Positions 30,001-39,461 of a stretch of DNA of 64,000 bases are shown here, in pieces. The position numbers were made by a program, and so were the translations under genes. This DNA is from Microcoleus sp. (GTDB lineage Bacteria; Cyanobacteriota; Cyanobacteriia; Cyanobacteriales; Microcoleaceae), in NCBI GenBank assembly GCA_042408215.1, contig JAYFMW010000030.1, positions 448,001 through 512,000 on the forward strand. Direction: 5' to 3'. The notes under the pieces are model-generated. The model saw nothing but the letters and a program-made list of their open reading frames with translations, was not told the origin of the DNA and did no database searches. Positions within the stretch are counted from its first letter, which is position 1. The number at the start of each line of letters is the position of its first letter.

Positions 30001-31816
30001 GTCAGACAACTGTCCCGAAAATTTTCTACACAAGTACGTTTTAGTACAAGCAGAAATAGCCAGAATTTCCAGGAAAGACTCAGAAGCTGTAGAGTTGTAC
30101 GACTTCGCCATAACTTTAGCTCAAGACAATGAGTTTGTCCAAAATGAAGCCTTGGCTAATGAATTAGCAGCCAAATATTGGTTAAATAAAGGCAAATATC
30201 AATATGCCAAAATCCACTTGCGCGAAGCTCACTCGTGCTACTTGCGCTGGGGTGCATTCCGAAAAGTTGAAGATTTAGAAGAGAAGTATCCGCAGTTGCG
30301 GGAAATGAGGCCTTTGAGCGGAAGTTTTGCCCAAAACGAAACTACAACAACTATTCATACTTCTACTGGTAGCGATGCGAGAGTGCTGGATTTAGCGACG
30401 GTAATGAAAGCATCTCTGGCGATTTCGAGCGAAATTGTTCTCGACAAGTTGCTGGCTTCTTTGATGAGGATATCCCTGGAAAATGCGGGAGCTCAATTAG
30501 GTTTTTTGATTTTAGTTAAAGATGGCAAACTTTTAATTTTAGCGAAAGCATCAGTATTTGATGAAGATGTAGCGATGTTGCCATTTACACCTCTTGAAGA
30601 ATGTCAAGATTTACCTGTGACGGTGATTAATTATGTGGAAAGGACTCGATCGGACCTGGTGTTGAGCAATGCGGCGGCTGAGGGACTATTTACCGCCGAT
30701 CCTTATGTCATCAGACAGCAACTCAAATCTATTTTGTGTACGCCAATTGTGAATCAAGGCAAACTGATCGGCATTCTTTATTTAGAAAATAACTTAACTA
30801 TCGGGGCATTTACTGCCCAAAGATTGGAAGTTTTAAGGCTGCTTTCTTCCCAAGTTGCTATTTCTTTAGAAAATGCTCTGCTTTATAATTCAGTCGAACA
30901 GAAAGTGCTAGATCGGACGCAGGAGTTAAATGAAAAGAACGAGCGTTTAGAACAAACTTTGCGCGAGCTGAAACTGACTCAGGCTCAATTAATTCAAACT
31001 GAAAAGATGTCGAGTTTGGGACAAATGGTAGCAGGTGTAGCTCACGAGATTAATAATCCTGTAAGTTTCATTTACGGCAATCTTACGCCAGCGAGCGAAT
31101 ATGTCAAAGACTTACTGAAATTAATTGAACTGTATCAGCAGCACTATCCAGAACCGGTGGATGAAATTACCGAGGAAATAGAAACAATTGAACTGGACTT
31201 TTTGATAGAAGATTTGCAGAAACTGCTGGCTTCTATGAAAGTGGGAGCGGAAAGAATCCGCGATATTGTGCTGAGTTTGCGGAATTTTTCGCGACTTGAT
31301 GAAGCGGAAATGAAGTCGGTTGATATCCATCAAGGGATAGATAGTACGGTGATGCTGTTACAACCGCGTCTGAGAAAACAGGGCGGGCGTTTGGGGATTG
31401 ATGTGATTAAAAATTACGCGAAGTTGCCGCTAATTACTTGTTATGCGTCGCAGTTGAATCAGGTATTTATGAATATCTTGACAAATGCGATCGATGCGCT
31501 GCTGTTGGCGAGGGATTACCCGGAAAATTATCAACAAAAGCCTGCTATTACTATTACTACGGAGGTGACATACCGGAATTCTGTGAGAATTAGAATGGCG
31601 GATACGGGGCCTGGGATGACGACGGAGGTGCTGCACAAGATTTTTGACCCGTTTTTTACTACTAAGCCGGTGGGTTCTGGTACTGGTTTGGGGCTGTCTA
31701 TTTCCCACTCGATTGTTGTTAGTTCTCACGGTGGTAAATTGACTTGTGTTTCTGCACCGGGTGAGGGGAGTGAGTTTATTATTGAAATTCCGATCGCCCC
31801 CAAGCAAGTTTTGTAA
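27089..31816 (+). CDS. AAA ATPase-TPR-GAF-histidine kinase, C-terminal part of the split gene
   Basis: GYSGIGKS, FLDDLQWAD, FLHDRVQQAAY, GAF (YLENN), AHEINNP, GTGLGL. Confidence 0.9.
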   Translation: MKADLESCLFQLQTSGFISEFDLGSQDISDKFQIPQKLYGRQREVETLLAAFERVAATNNRSYPLEFSQVYATKNNFKFASEISHSVRTIGEHKSRSEMMLIAGYSGIGKSAMVKILAKPITRRRGYFISGKFDQYKRTIPYSAVVSAFSELVRQLLTESAAQLAVWREKLRTSFGQNGQIIIDVIPEVELIVGAQSPVAELGPTESLNRFNLVFQNFIRVFCQPEQPLVIFLDDLQWADSATLKLIELMMTDEATQYLFLIGAYRDNEVSPTHPLMMTVETLRNQAAIINQIALSPLGVEQIAHLIAETLHSDRESVKPLAELVVSKTDGNPFFVNQFLQTLYQENLLVFHPPQSGSKGGWHWDMNQIEQCAITDNVVDLMVQKLRKLPISTQQVLRLVACLGNEFDLNTLSLINEKEASETFSHLLPAIKSGLILPTSELESKSLDYVLFPLLILNYKFLHDRVQQAAYALIDDSQKKAVHLKIGRQILENTPAQYRADRIFELVDHLNVARSLIMDDRELIQLATLNLDAAHRAKDATAYVAALQYLTAGMDGLSDDIWDSHYDLAFALHIERANVEYLNGYFENSEEFINITLEKARSPLEKVEIYNLLIVQYTLRAKYEEAVKAGIKALNLLGIDLPLDGLETVISEEFAVAKSILGDREIASLIDEPAMTVPDKKVAVKLITNLLTPAYLNNPDLWKLSVLKGLNLSLKYGLVPEASLCYAGYGMFLNAVSGDYKAAYQFALLSLKVSEKSGNIGLKCRACSSLVSIFYYWFNHIKDSHAISNEGYQAALESGDLEYAGYILSNRIANSFFQGKEIAVVLADTSRFLQFSQKTKNQLVTDTLLGAELILRNLSKLTPEKFVFENEEISESQYVHNCQVHQNLYSLCLYQIRKCQVLYLYGNFNEALQLALQVEKQLSFITGAIPATEWNFFFSLVLLAVYPNVSQDKKKQYLEKLDTNQKQMKIWSDNCPENFLHKYVLVQAEIARISRKDSEAVELYDFAITLAQDNEFVQNEALANELAAKYWLNKGKYQYAKIHLREAHSCYLRWGAFRKVEDLEEKYPQLREMRPLSGSFAQNETTTTIHTSTGSDARVLDLATVMKASLAISSEIVLDKLLASLMRISLENAGAQLGFLILVKDGKLLILAKASVFDEDVAMLPFTPLEECQDLPVTVINYVERTRSDLVLSNAAAEGLFTADPYVIRQQLKSILCTPIVNQGKLIGILYLENNLTIGAFTAQRLEVLRLLSSQVAISLENALLYNSVEQKVLDRTQELNEKNERLEQTLRELKLTQAQLIQTEKMSSLGQMVAGVAHEINNPVSFIYGNLTPASEYVKDLLKLIELYQQHYPEPVDEITEEIETIELDFLIEDLQKLLASMKVGAERIRDIVLSLRNFSRLDEAEMKSVDIHQGIDSTVMLLQPRLRKQGGRLGIDVIKNYAKLPLITCYASQLNQVFMNILTNAIDALLLARDYPENYQQKPAITITTEVTYRNSVRIRMADTGPGMTTEVLHKIFDPFFTTKPVGSGTGLGLSISHSIVVSSHGGKLTCVSAPGEGSEFIIEIPIAPKQVL

Positions 31817-32152
31817 GGAAGGAAAGAAAGACAGGGCGAATATAGTAAGGTGCGTCGCCCTAGAGAATCTCCAAGTTTCATTTTTTATCATAGGGCGACG
31901 CACCCTACAATTTAGCACCACACTAGAATGACAAAAAGATGCCGATCGCATTTCATAGAAAAAGTGGAATAAGTGCGATCGACAATTAAGCTGAGTTTTG
32001 CTAAGATGTAATCAGACTGACGCATCAAAATCCAAGAAACCGGGTTTTTAGCCATTTTTGCAAGCTGTGACGAAGTATCTCCCAAAAACCCGGTTTCTAA
32101 CCACCAGTGCGTCGAAGACTAAATAAACAAGCTAAAAAGCAAGCAGGTAGCC

Positions 32153-32797
32153 ATGACAGCCACCCTAATTCAAAGTCAAACTTCTGGAGTTTTGCTTACA
32201 AACATTAGCTGGCAAACTTACGAATCTCTGGTAAACGAGCTAGCAGAACAGCGGGGAATTCGTTTAACTTACGATCGAGGTACATTAGAAATTATGACTC
32301 CATCAGATCCACATGAGGGGAACAAACAAATCTTAGGACGTTTTGTAGAAACTGTCACCGAAGAATTGAATGTAGAAATTCGCAGCCTGGGTTCGAGAAC
32401 TTGCAAACGCGAGGATTTAGAACGCGGATTAGAACCGGATCAGTGCTACTACATTGAGAATGAGGGAATTGTCCGCAGCCTCAAGCAAATTGACTTGAAT
32501 CAAGATCCGCCACCCGATTTAGTAATTGAAATTGACATTACTAGCAGTTCTATTAACCGCATGGAATTGTATGCGAGTTTGGGCGTACCAGAGCTTTGGC
32601 GTTATGACGGTTCGCGTTTAATATTCTATCAGTTAGAAGGTCAGGAATATGTAGAACGAGAGGTTTCTCCCCACTTTCCTTTTTTGTCACCCTCTGAGAT
32701 TATGGGATTTGTGGAAACGCAAAAAGATGTGGGAGAAACATCGATGATTCGAGGGTTTAGGCAGTGGGTGAGGAGTAGGATTCAGTCAGGGGAATGA
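32153..32797 (+). CDS. Uma2 family putative endonuclease
   Basis: ISWQTY, EPDQCYY, PPDLVIEIDITS, LGVPELWRYDG. Confidence 0.92.
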   Translation: MTATLIQSQTSGVLLTNISWQTYESLVNELAEQRGIRLTYDRGTLEIMTPSDPHEGNKQILGRFVETVTEELNVEIRSLGSRTCKREDLERGLEPDQCYYIENEGIVRSLKQIDLNQDPPPDLVIEIDITSSSINRMELYASLGVPELWRYDGSRLIFYQLEGQEYVEREVSPHFPFLSPSEIMGFVETQKDVGETSMIRGFRQWVRSRIQSGE

Positions 32798-32810
32798 AAT
32801 GAAAAGCGCA

Positions 32811-33066
32811 CTTGGATTGGGGGCGGGGTTCAGAAACCGGGTTTCTTCGGAACATCTCGTGAGGATGCGTAAATTCTCGTAGAAACCCGGTTTCTTGGAT
32901 TGGGGGCGGGGTTCAGAAACCGGGTTTCTTCGGAACATCTGGTGAGGATGCGTAAATGCTCCTAGAAACCTGGTTTCTTGTATTGGGGGCGGGGTTCAGA
33001 AATCGGGTTTCTTCGGAACATCTGGTGAGGATGCGTAAATGCTCGCAGAAACCCGGTTTCTTGGAT
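32811..33066. repeat. Three tandem 83-bp palindromic units
   Basis: Units start at 32811, 32894 and 32977; each contains AGAAACCGGGTTTCT...AGAAACCCGGTTTCT. Confidence 0.9.
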
Positions 33067-33155
33067 GGTTGGGCGATCATCGCCTGTGGGATTAATTCAC
33101 CCACAATCGCCAAAAATATCGCATTCCCCCCTTTTGAAGAATGGGAATCTATTAA

Positions 33156-33344
33156 TTAAGGACAGTGATATGTGTTGCCATGCTTGTCTATGCAAATGTT
33201 TTGAGCTACGCTATGCTTCAACATCATCTTCATTGTAGCTCTTGGGGTAGTTGAGGTCGTCGCAACTTTGACCAATACCAAAGTCGAAGGGGCGATCGCC
33301 GAAATTAGTATAAATAAGCAGGAAATCAAGATTTTGCAATTCAT
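33156..33344 (-). CDS. Small secreted peptide precursor with C-terminal Cys pair
   Basis: Hydrophobic N-terminus; ends VAQNICIDKHGNTYHCP; divergent from the HTH-NB-ARC-TPR gene. Confidence 0.55.
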   Translation of the reverse strand: MNCKILISCLFILISAIAPSTLVLVKVATTSTTPRATMKMMLKHSVAQNICIDKHGNTYHCP

Positions 33345-33444
33345 TCTCGTGTCACCTAGTCAATTTTTTGAGTAGGGAACAAACGAGTTAGCGCTAACTG
33401 CTGTCTCCATAATTCCAGCATGAGGCAGGCCAAAAGGCTTTCGG

Positions 33445-33482
33445 GGTCACATCTAGGTCATTATTTGGTCATTTTGGGTGCT
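33445..33482. promoter_or_regulatory. GGTCA direct repeats at 11-bp period, putative operator
   Basis: GGTCA at 33445, 33456 and 33467; GGTGC at 33478. Confidence 0.5.
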
Positions 33483-33534
33483 AGATAAGTGAACCAGAAC
33501 AAAACAAAGAAAAAACCTAAGTAGAAAATAATTT

Positions 33535-36183
33535 ATGGCTGTGACTCTCAGAGCTTCTGACAAGGGGTTAAAAAAGATCGATCGCCTTAGAATTATCAAA
33601 GGCTGGTCAAAAAGAGAAAAGGCTTGGTATGAGTTGGCATATACTTCAGAATCTACTTTAAGGAGGTTTTGGAAAAAACAGCCAATTTCCTATGAAAATT
33701 TTGTCAAAATTTGCACAGTTATAGATGCAAACTGGCAAGATATTTTTGATGATAGTCATATCCCCGTAGGGACACAGCATTGCCGTGTCCCTACCTCTGC
33801 TCACCCCTTTGCACTTCCTGAAAAAATCGCACCAGTCAGGAATTGGGTAGGCCGATCGCGTGAAATCGACACCCTCAAATCCCAGATCCTCGATCCAGAA
33901 ACTAGAGCAATTACCATCACCGCCGTTTGTCTGGTAGGCTTAGCTGGAATTGGCAAAACCACTCTCGCCAGTCAGCTAATCCGCCAGCTACAAGCGGAAA
34001 ACGCCCCTTTTGCCGTTGCTGCTTGGGAAACTCTGCGATCGCCCACGGGCAAAGCACCTCAATTTGATAGCATTATTGATTCCCTATTGCTCACTCTTTC
34101 TCATGGCGAAATTTCTGCGGCTACTACTCAAAATGACTATCGCCAAAAAACAGAAATTTTGGTGAGATTACTAAAGGAAAAACCTTGTCTAGTTGTACTA
34201 GATAATGTCGAAACTGTATTGCAAACTGGGCAAGCTCAAAAAACGGGGTATTTTGCCGATGACTGTCTTGAGTATAAGTGGTTATTCAACCAGCTAGTCG
34301 AAACGGAACATCAAAGCAAAGTAATTTTTACCAGTCGGGAAAGTTTGGCAGAATTGTCCGCGATCGCGGTTAGAGAACTCCCTCTCAAAGGACTAGAAAA
34401 AGAGGATGCCGTGAACTTGCTGGAATCTCATCAGCAATGTTTGAATTTGACAACGACTTCAGAAGAATTAGCACAGTTGGCGGAACGCTATCAAGGACAT
34501 CCTAAAGCCTTGGAAGTAGTTTCAGCTTTGATTCGGGATGAACCCAAATTTAAAGGACAAGTAGGTAAATTTTTAGGCGATCGTCAATGGCTATTGATTA
34601 ATACCATCGATCGACTCATTGATGAAGTTTTTATTCGTCTCAGTGACTTAGAAAGAACTTGCTTGAGTCGGATTTCTGTTTATCAAACATCGGAATATCC
34701 ACTAGATACAGCCGGAATTGCAGCGCAGATGCCAGAGGTAAGCAAGTATGAGTTAGAAGAGAGCATTATTCAAGGACTTAGACGCAGGCAATTATTAGAC
34801 TATGACGATCAGCAAGAATCTTATCAAATGCACCCGTTAATTCAAGAAAAGGCTCATCGCGTCCTACGCCCTGATCCAAAATTTGCCACTTCAGAATGTC
34901 AAATTGCTAATCGCCAAGCCTATCGCTATTTCCTCAGTATCCAACTCAAAACTGAAGCTGAATGGCAAGAAATTGAGGATATTAAACCACTTCTGAGAGC
35001 GCACTATCACGCCTGTTGTGCAGAAGATTGGGATGAAGCGACAGGGGCAATTTTGGGAGTCTATGATTTCCTGCGTCTGGGATTTTTATTTCAGCTTTTG
35101 AAAGATTTATATACCAAACCAATCCCGCCTGACTGGAGAGATGGTAAACAATTAGTCACCTCTCCCGAAGTTCACGCAGATATTCTCCGATACCTGGGAG
35201 TAGCCTGTATTTATTTAGGTCAATATCAAGCGGCTCTTGAATATCTATCTGTCAGTTTGTCTACAGCCAGTAAAATTAGATATCGCGAAGGTGAAGCAGC
35301 AGCATTATGCGAGATAGGAGATGTTTACATAGAGACAGGAGACTACCAAATATCTTTAGACTATTTAAAACAAAGCTTAGTCATAGCTAGAGAAATTACA
35401 GCTAAGAAAATAGAATGTAAAGCTTTGATTTATCAAGGAACTAACCAATATTATTTAGGAGATTACTATCTAGGTAGAGCCACCTACAAGCAAGCTTTAA
35501 AAATAGCACGTCAAATTGGGTATATTGAAATAGAAGGAAGTAGCCTTAAGGATTTAGCTTTCTTTTATAATGTTTTAGGTGACTATCAATCAGCACTTGA
35601 CTATATTCAAAAATATTCATCTCTTCCTGATTCATATAAAGGAATCAGCTCTCTTAAAGAAGTTCAAGTCTATTTAGCTAATATATATTTTAATAAGGGT
35701 GAAGCTGAAACAGCCCAAAAATTTGCTAACGAAGCTTTACGCTTAGAGGGAAATATTGGAAAAAATTGCGGTACAGATTCATTTATTTCTTTTGGCATTA
35801 GCTACAGATTTTTTGAAGATTTACAACAAAGCTTTGAGTATTTTGACAAACGGTTTAAGAGAGCCAAGGAAATTGCTGTTAAATTCGATGAAGCCTGGGC
35901 TTTATATCAAATAGGCATGACTTATCTGCAATTAGGACAGCATGATTTATCTTTAGAGTATTTTCACCAAAGCCTTAATATTTTTCATAAAATAGGTACT
36001 CGTGCTTATGAGGCTGAGTCATTGTTGGAATTAGCAAAAACCAGTTTACTCATCAATAAAATCCCTTTAGAAACTATCCAAGATTACTGCGATCGCGCGG
36101 AAAACATTTGTCTCGATCTCAAGCTGCCACTATTAACAGAAGTACAAAAACTCCAAGCAAATTTACCGGAAAATCGCGACTAA
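33535..36183 (+). CDS. HTH-NB-ARC(STAND)-TPR protein
   Basis: N-terminal XRE-like HTH (TSESTLRRFW), GLAGIGKT, LVVLDNVE, FTSRE, GHPKAL, MHPLIQE, TPR array. Confidence 0.9.
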   Translation: MAVTLRASDKGLKKIDRLRIIKGWSKREKAWYELAYTSESTLRRFWKKQPISYENFVKICTVIDANWQDIFDDSHIPVGTQHCRVPTSAHPFALPEKIAPVRNWVGRSREIDTLKSQILDPETRAITITAVCLVGLAGIGKTTLASQLIRQLQAENAPFAVAAWETLRSPTGKAPQFDSIIDSLLLTLSHGEISAATTQNDYRQKTEILVRLLKEKPCLVVLDNVETVLQTGQAQKTGYFADDCLEYKWLFNQLVETEHQSKVIFTSRESLAELSAIAVRELPLKGLEKEDAVNLLESHQQCLNLTTTSEELAQLAERYQGHPKALEVVSALIRDEPKFKGQVGKFLGDRQWLLINTIDRLIDEVFIRLSDLERTCLSRISVYQTSEYPLDTAGIAAQMPEVSKYELEESIIQGLRRRQLLDYDDQQESYQMHPLIQEKAHRVLRPDPKFATSECQIANRQAYRYFLSIQLKTEAEWQEIEDIKPLLRAHYHACCAEDWDEATGAILGVYDFLRLGFLFQLLKDLYTKPIPPDWRDGKQLVTSPEVHADILRYLGVACIYLGQYQAALEYLSVSLSTASKIRYREGEAAALCEIGDVYIETGDYQISLDYLKQSLVIAREITAKKIECKALIYQGTNQYYLGDYYLGRATYKQALKIARQIGYIEIEGSSLKDLAFFYNVLGDYQSALDYIQKYSSLPDSYKGISSLKEVQVYLANIYFNKGEAETAQKFANEALRLEGNIGKNCGTDSFISFGISYRFFEDLQQSFEYFDKRFKRAKEIAVKFDEAWALYQIGMTYLQLGQHDLSLEYFHQSLNIFHKIGTRAYEAESLLELAKTSLLINKIPLETIQDYCDRAENICLDLKLPLLTEVQKLQANLPENRD

Positions 36184-36205
36184 ATATATCATGAATTAGA
36201 TTTAC

Positions 36206-36925
36206 CTACTCCCCCAAAGCTTGCCGCTGAGCCTCCAACAATTCCTGAATCCCAGTTTCCGCCAAATCCAAAATTTGATTCAACTGACTCCGACTAAAAC
36301 TTCCCTCTTCCGCAGTTCCCTGAACTTCAATAATATTCAAATCCCCATTCATCACCACATTACAATCAATTTCCGCCGCCACATCTTCCACATAATTCAA
36401 ATCTAAAAATAGCTCACCTTCCAAAAGACCCACAGACACGGCCGCCACTTGACGCACAAGGGGCGATCGCACTAAATCACCTTTTTGCACCAACTTATTC
36501 AAAGCATCAGCCACAGCGAGAAACGCGCCATTAATAGAAGTCGTCCGAGTCCCCGCGTCCGCTTGCAAAACATCAGCATCGACAAGTATTGTGCGATCGC
36601 CCAATAGTTGCATATCCAAGCACGATCGCAAACTCCGGCCAATCAACCGCTGAATTTCCTGAGTGCGCCCCGATAACTTCATAAATTCCCGCTCTTGTCG
36701 CTGCGGCGTAGATCCCGGTAACATTCGATACTCCGCAGTCAGCCAACCTTTTCCGGTATTCTCCAGAAACCTAGGCACTCCCGGCTTAATCGTAACGCTG
36801 CACAGTACCTGAGTATCGCCACTTTTCGCTAGCACCGAACCGCTAGCAAATTTGGTAAATTCGCGATCGAAACTAATCGGACGCAGTTGATTTGGTTGTC
36901 TACCATCGGCACGTTTTATGGACAT
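36206..36925 (-). CDS. rph: Ribonuclease PH
   Basis: [40 protein letters not shown]; the ORF-track extension is repeat-derived. Confidence 0.96.
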   Translation of the reverse strand: MSIKRADGRQPNQLRPISFDREFTKFASGSVLAKSGDTQVLCSVTIKPGVPRFLENTGKGWLTAEYRMLPGSTPQRQEREFMKLSGRTQEIQRLIGRSLRSCLDMQLLGDRTILVDADVLQADAGTRTTSINGAFLAVADALNKLVQKGDLVRSPLVRQVAAVSVGLLEGELFLDLNYVEDVAAEIDCNVVMNGDLNIIEVQGTAEEGSFSRSQLNQILDLAETGIQELLEAQRQALGE

Positions 36926-36986
36926 AAGTAATTGGGAATTGGGAATTGGGAATTGGGAATTGCGAATTGGGAATTGCGAATTGCGA

Positions 36987-37205
36987 ATTGGTGTCAACTT
37001 AACTTCTAACCCAGTCACAGACTGCGGTTTAACTATTAAACTTAGATCCCCCCGACGCCAAGAGGGCGGGCACGGGGGCACCGCCCCTACAAGGGGGGGA
37101 CAAGAGTCTGCTCAAAGTCCCCCTTCTTAAGGGGGATTTAGGGGGATCTAGACTGAGGTAAAAACTAGATTTCTCAAGGCTTTTAGTCTTAACTTGACAC
37201 TCCTT
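36987..37205. mobile_element. Degenerate copy of the CATTGGTGTCAAC MITE inside an STRR array
   Basis: Inverted homolog of 15941-16148; carries an extra GGGCGG...CCGCCCCTAC REP-like hairpin. Confidence 0.75.
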
Positions 37206-37256
37206 GGGCATTGGGCATTGGGTATCCATCGATAAATAACAACTAACTAATAACAA

Positions 37257-37808
37257 CTAATTATTAACAACTTTAAGAATATCCTGCTGCACTTGTTCAG
37301 GAGATCGATCGCCGTTGACAGTTAACAGCTTGTTGCGATGCTCGTAATAATCTAAAATCGGGAGCGTTTGCTCCTCAAACAAATCGAGCCGGCGCTGCAA
37401 AATTTCTGGACTATCATCCGATCGCGATCGATCGCTCGATCGACTCAACAACACCTCCGTCGGCACCTTCAACCAAATCGCCCAATCTAGCTCTTGTCCC
37501 AAATCAAAGAGCAAAAAATCCAACTCCTCAGCTTGAAAAGCCGTGCGCGGATAGCCCTCCAACACCCAGCCATTAAAGACATCCCACAGCAGCAGTCTCT
37601 GGCGAAAGAATTGAATCATCGTGGCGTCGGGCACTAATTCCCCTGTTTCCACATAAGGCATCGCCAACTTGCCCAAATCTGTTTCAGAGGCGATCGCACC
37701 CCGCAGAATGTCCCCCACAGCCAGCAAAGGAATGCTCAAATTACTGCACAGTAGTTCAGCCTGAGTTCCCTTGCCCGCTCCAGGCCCTCCCAGAATCACC
37801 AATCTCAC
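37257..37808 (-). CDS. adk: Adenylate kinase family protein
   Basis: GGPGAGKGTQ, GELVPD, EGYPRT, RSDD. Confidence 0.9.
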   Translation of the reverse strand: MRLVILGGPGAGKGTQAELLCSNLSIPLLAVGDILRGAIASETDLGKLAMPYVETGELVPDATMIQFFRQRLLLWDVFNGWVLEGYPRTAFQAEELDFLLFDLGQELDWAIWLKVPTEVLLSRSSDRSRSDDSPEILQRRLDLFEEQTLPILDYYEHRNKLLTVNGDRSPEQVQQDILKVVNN

Positions 37809-37949
37809 TGTGCTCTGCTCCTAGCGCTGCGACATTCAAAGTTTACCCGTTATTGAGATAGATCGGGCAAAATGGCTGCGATCGCCACTACAGCCAGCTT
37901 TAGACAATTTGTATATCTAGCGTGCGATCGGATGTACACTAAGTCCAGT

Positions 37950-37965
37950 ACACTATATATTGTCA
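37950..37965. promoter_or_regulatory. NrdR box-like site
   Basis: ACACTATATATTGTCA fits the consensus acaCwAtATaTwGtg. Confidence 0.55.
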
Positions 37966-38032
37966 ATCAGGCTTCATCCTCGTCAAGGTCGGAGCCGCCC
38001 CCAAGACTTAGTTGCTGATTAGATATTGCCCT

Positions 38033-38569
38033 ATGATTGCCCAGTTAAAAACCCCTACCCTCAATTTAACCCACAGCTTGCCCTACACTGTTGAAGGGCT
38101 GGTGCAAGTCTTTACAGGCCCGCACCGCAGCTTTTTTACAACTGTCATGGCTCAGACGCTCCGAATTGCAGGACAGGGGACTCCGGTGCTAGCGGTGCAG
38201 TTCCTCAAAGGAGGAATTAATCAAGGACACAAGCATCCGGTGCGGCTAGGGCAGAATTTAGATTGGGTGCGGTGCGATTTGCCACGCTGCATTGACAAAG
38301 CCGATTTAGACGAGCTGGAGATGCGATCGATTCGGGAATTGTGGCAGTATGTTCAAGATGTTGTACGCCAAGGCCGTTACGCCCTAGTCATTCTCGACGA
38401 ATTGAGTTTAGCGGTTAATTTGGGTTTGATTCCCGAAGCAGAAGTATTAGCATTGATTGACAGCAAGCCACACCATTTAGAGATTATTTTTACCGGGCCA
38501 TCTATGCCGCAAGGAATTTTGGATGTAGCCGACCAAATTACAGAAATTCGCCGCACTCAAGGACAATAA
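38033..38569 (+). CDS. CobO/BtuR-like P-loop NTPase (cob(I)alamin adenosyltransferase family)
   Basis: GLVQVFTG, VQFLKGG, LVILDEL, ADQITE. Confidence 0.82.
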   Translation: MIAQLKTPTLNLTHSLPYTVEGLVQVFTGPHRSFFTTVMAQTLRIAGQGTPVLAVQFLKGGINQGHKHPVRLGQNLDWVRCDLPRCIDKADLDELEMRSIRELWQYVQDVVRQGRYALVILDELSLAVNLGLIPEAEVLALIDSKPHHLEIIFTGPSMPQGILDVADQITEIRRTQGQ

Positions 38570-38633
38570 TTCAAGTTGCGATCTCGCCTCCCAAAACTTG
38601 TCCGATCGGGCGATCGCGATCGCCTCTAATCCT

Positions 38634-38798
38634 GAGACATTTCCCACAAATAATCTCAAGCTTTTTTACAGATATATGGGTGAAGCTTGGGGGCGACAAT
38701 TCCTATTGAAAACCTCTTATTTTATGCCCAAATGCTTCACCCTCCCCAAAAGCGGGGATCGCACTCCTACGCGATATTTTATTTGTGGGAGATGTCTA
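38634..38798. mobile_element. MITE with 19-bp TIR AGACAT(T/C)TCCCACAAATAA
   Basis: Inverted ends at 38635-38653 and 38779-38797; internal GGGTGAAGC...GCTTCACCC. Confidence 0.75.
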
Positions 38799-38804
38799 TT
38801 GAAT

Positions 38805-39125
38805 TATTGGACAAATGTGGGCAAGTTTGACACTCTCCGGGAATCAACGCCACGGAGATTCTTAAGACCACAATTTGAGTCTTAAAGGCGCTGACAAATC
38901 GCCTCTACACGCTCAAAACAACTACTAACACGAGAAGTATTGCAATTGCGCTTACTTTGATCTTTTTATACTTTCAGAGTCCATCACGCCCGCCAGTTAG
39001 GTACGCTCAACAATTCACTATTACTTGTTTAACCAGACTCGATCGAGTCGAGGCGAGCTAAATCAGGAGTTACACCTTTTGAAATTGTTTCAACACGTAG
39101 ATAGTTGTTCTTACTTGCCTTTCTA
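38805..39125 (-). ncRNA. Protein-free TnpB omega-RNA cassette with IS605 right end at 38827
   Basis: GTAGAGGCGATTTGTCAGCGCCTTTAAGACTCAAATTGTGG...GAATCTCCG...CGGAGAGTGTCAA is homologous to 11879-11961; extended -10 TGTTAGAAT at about 39130-39138. Confidence 0.75.
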
Positions 39126-39151
39126 AATATTCTAACACGAAGCCGTCAATC

Positions 39152-39268
39152 GATTTTAGATTTTAGATTTTAGATTTTAGATTTACCCCACGGATAAATG
39201 CGGGGGCTTGAGGATTTTAGATTTGGGATTTTGGATTGATTCCACGGATCAATCCGGGGGCTTGTACC
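39152..39268. repeat. GATTTTA heptamers with two CCACGGAT.AAT.CGGGGGCTTG hairpins (IS605 end/REP-like)
   Basis: Direct reading. Confidence 0.65.
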
Positions 39269-39461
39269 ACCTTTGAAATTATTGGTCAAGCGAAGGACGG
39301 GTCTTGGGCCCTGCGCTTCGCTCCGCCCATTTTTTTGGTGAATCACCCACAAACGTAGACCTTTTCACGGTCATAGGCTGGCTATCTCTCCTCAAAACGA
39401 TCGTGTTTTCCACTTTTGTCTTAAGTTCGGCGGATAGCACCAAATCAATTTAGCAGGAATA

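Noticed and set aside
32811..33066. CRISPR array
   Set aside because: Whole 83-bp units are near-identical with no unique spacers; no cas genes; the unit is a dispersed palindrome family
36926..37256. N-terminal extension of RNase PH and overlapping small ORFs
   Set aside because: Derived from STRR and MITE DNA; the same applies to the DUF445 extension 61378-61539 and ORF 25524-25883
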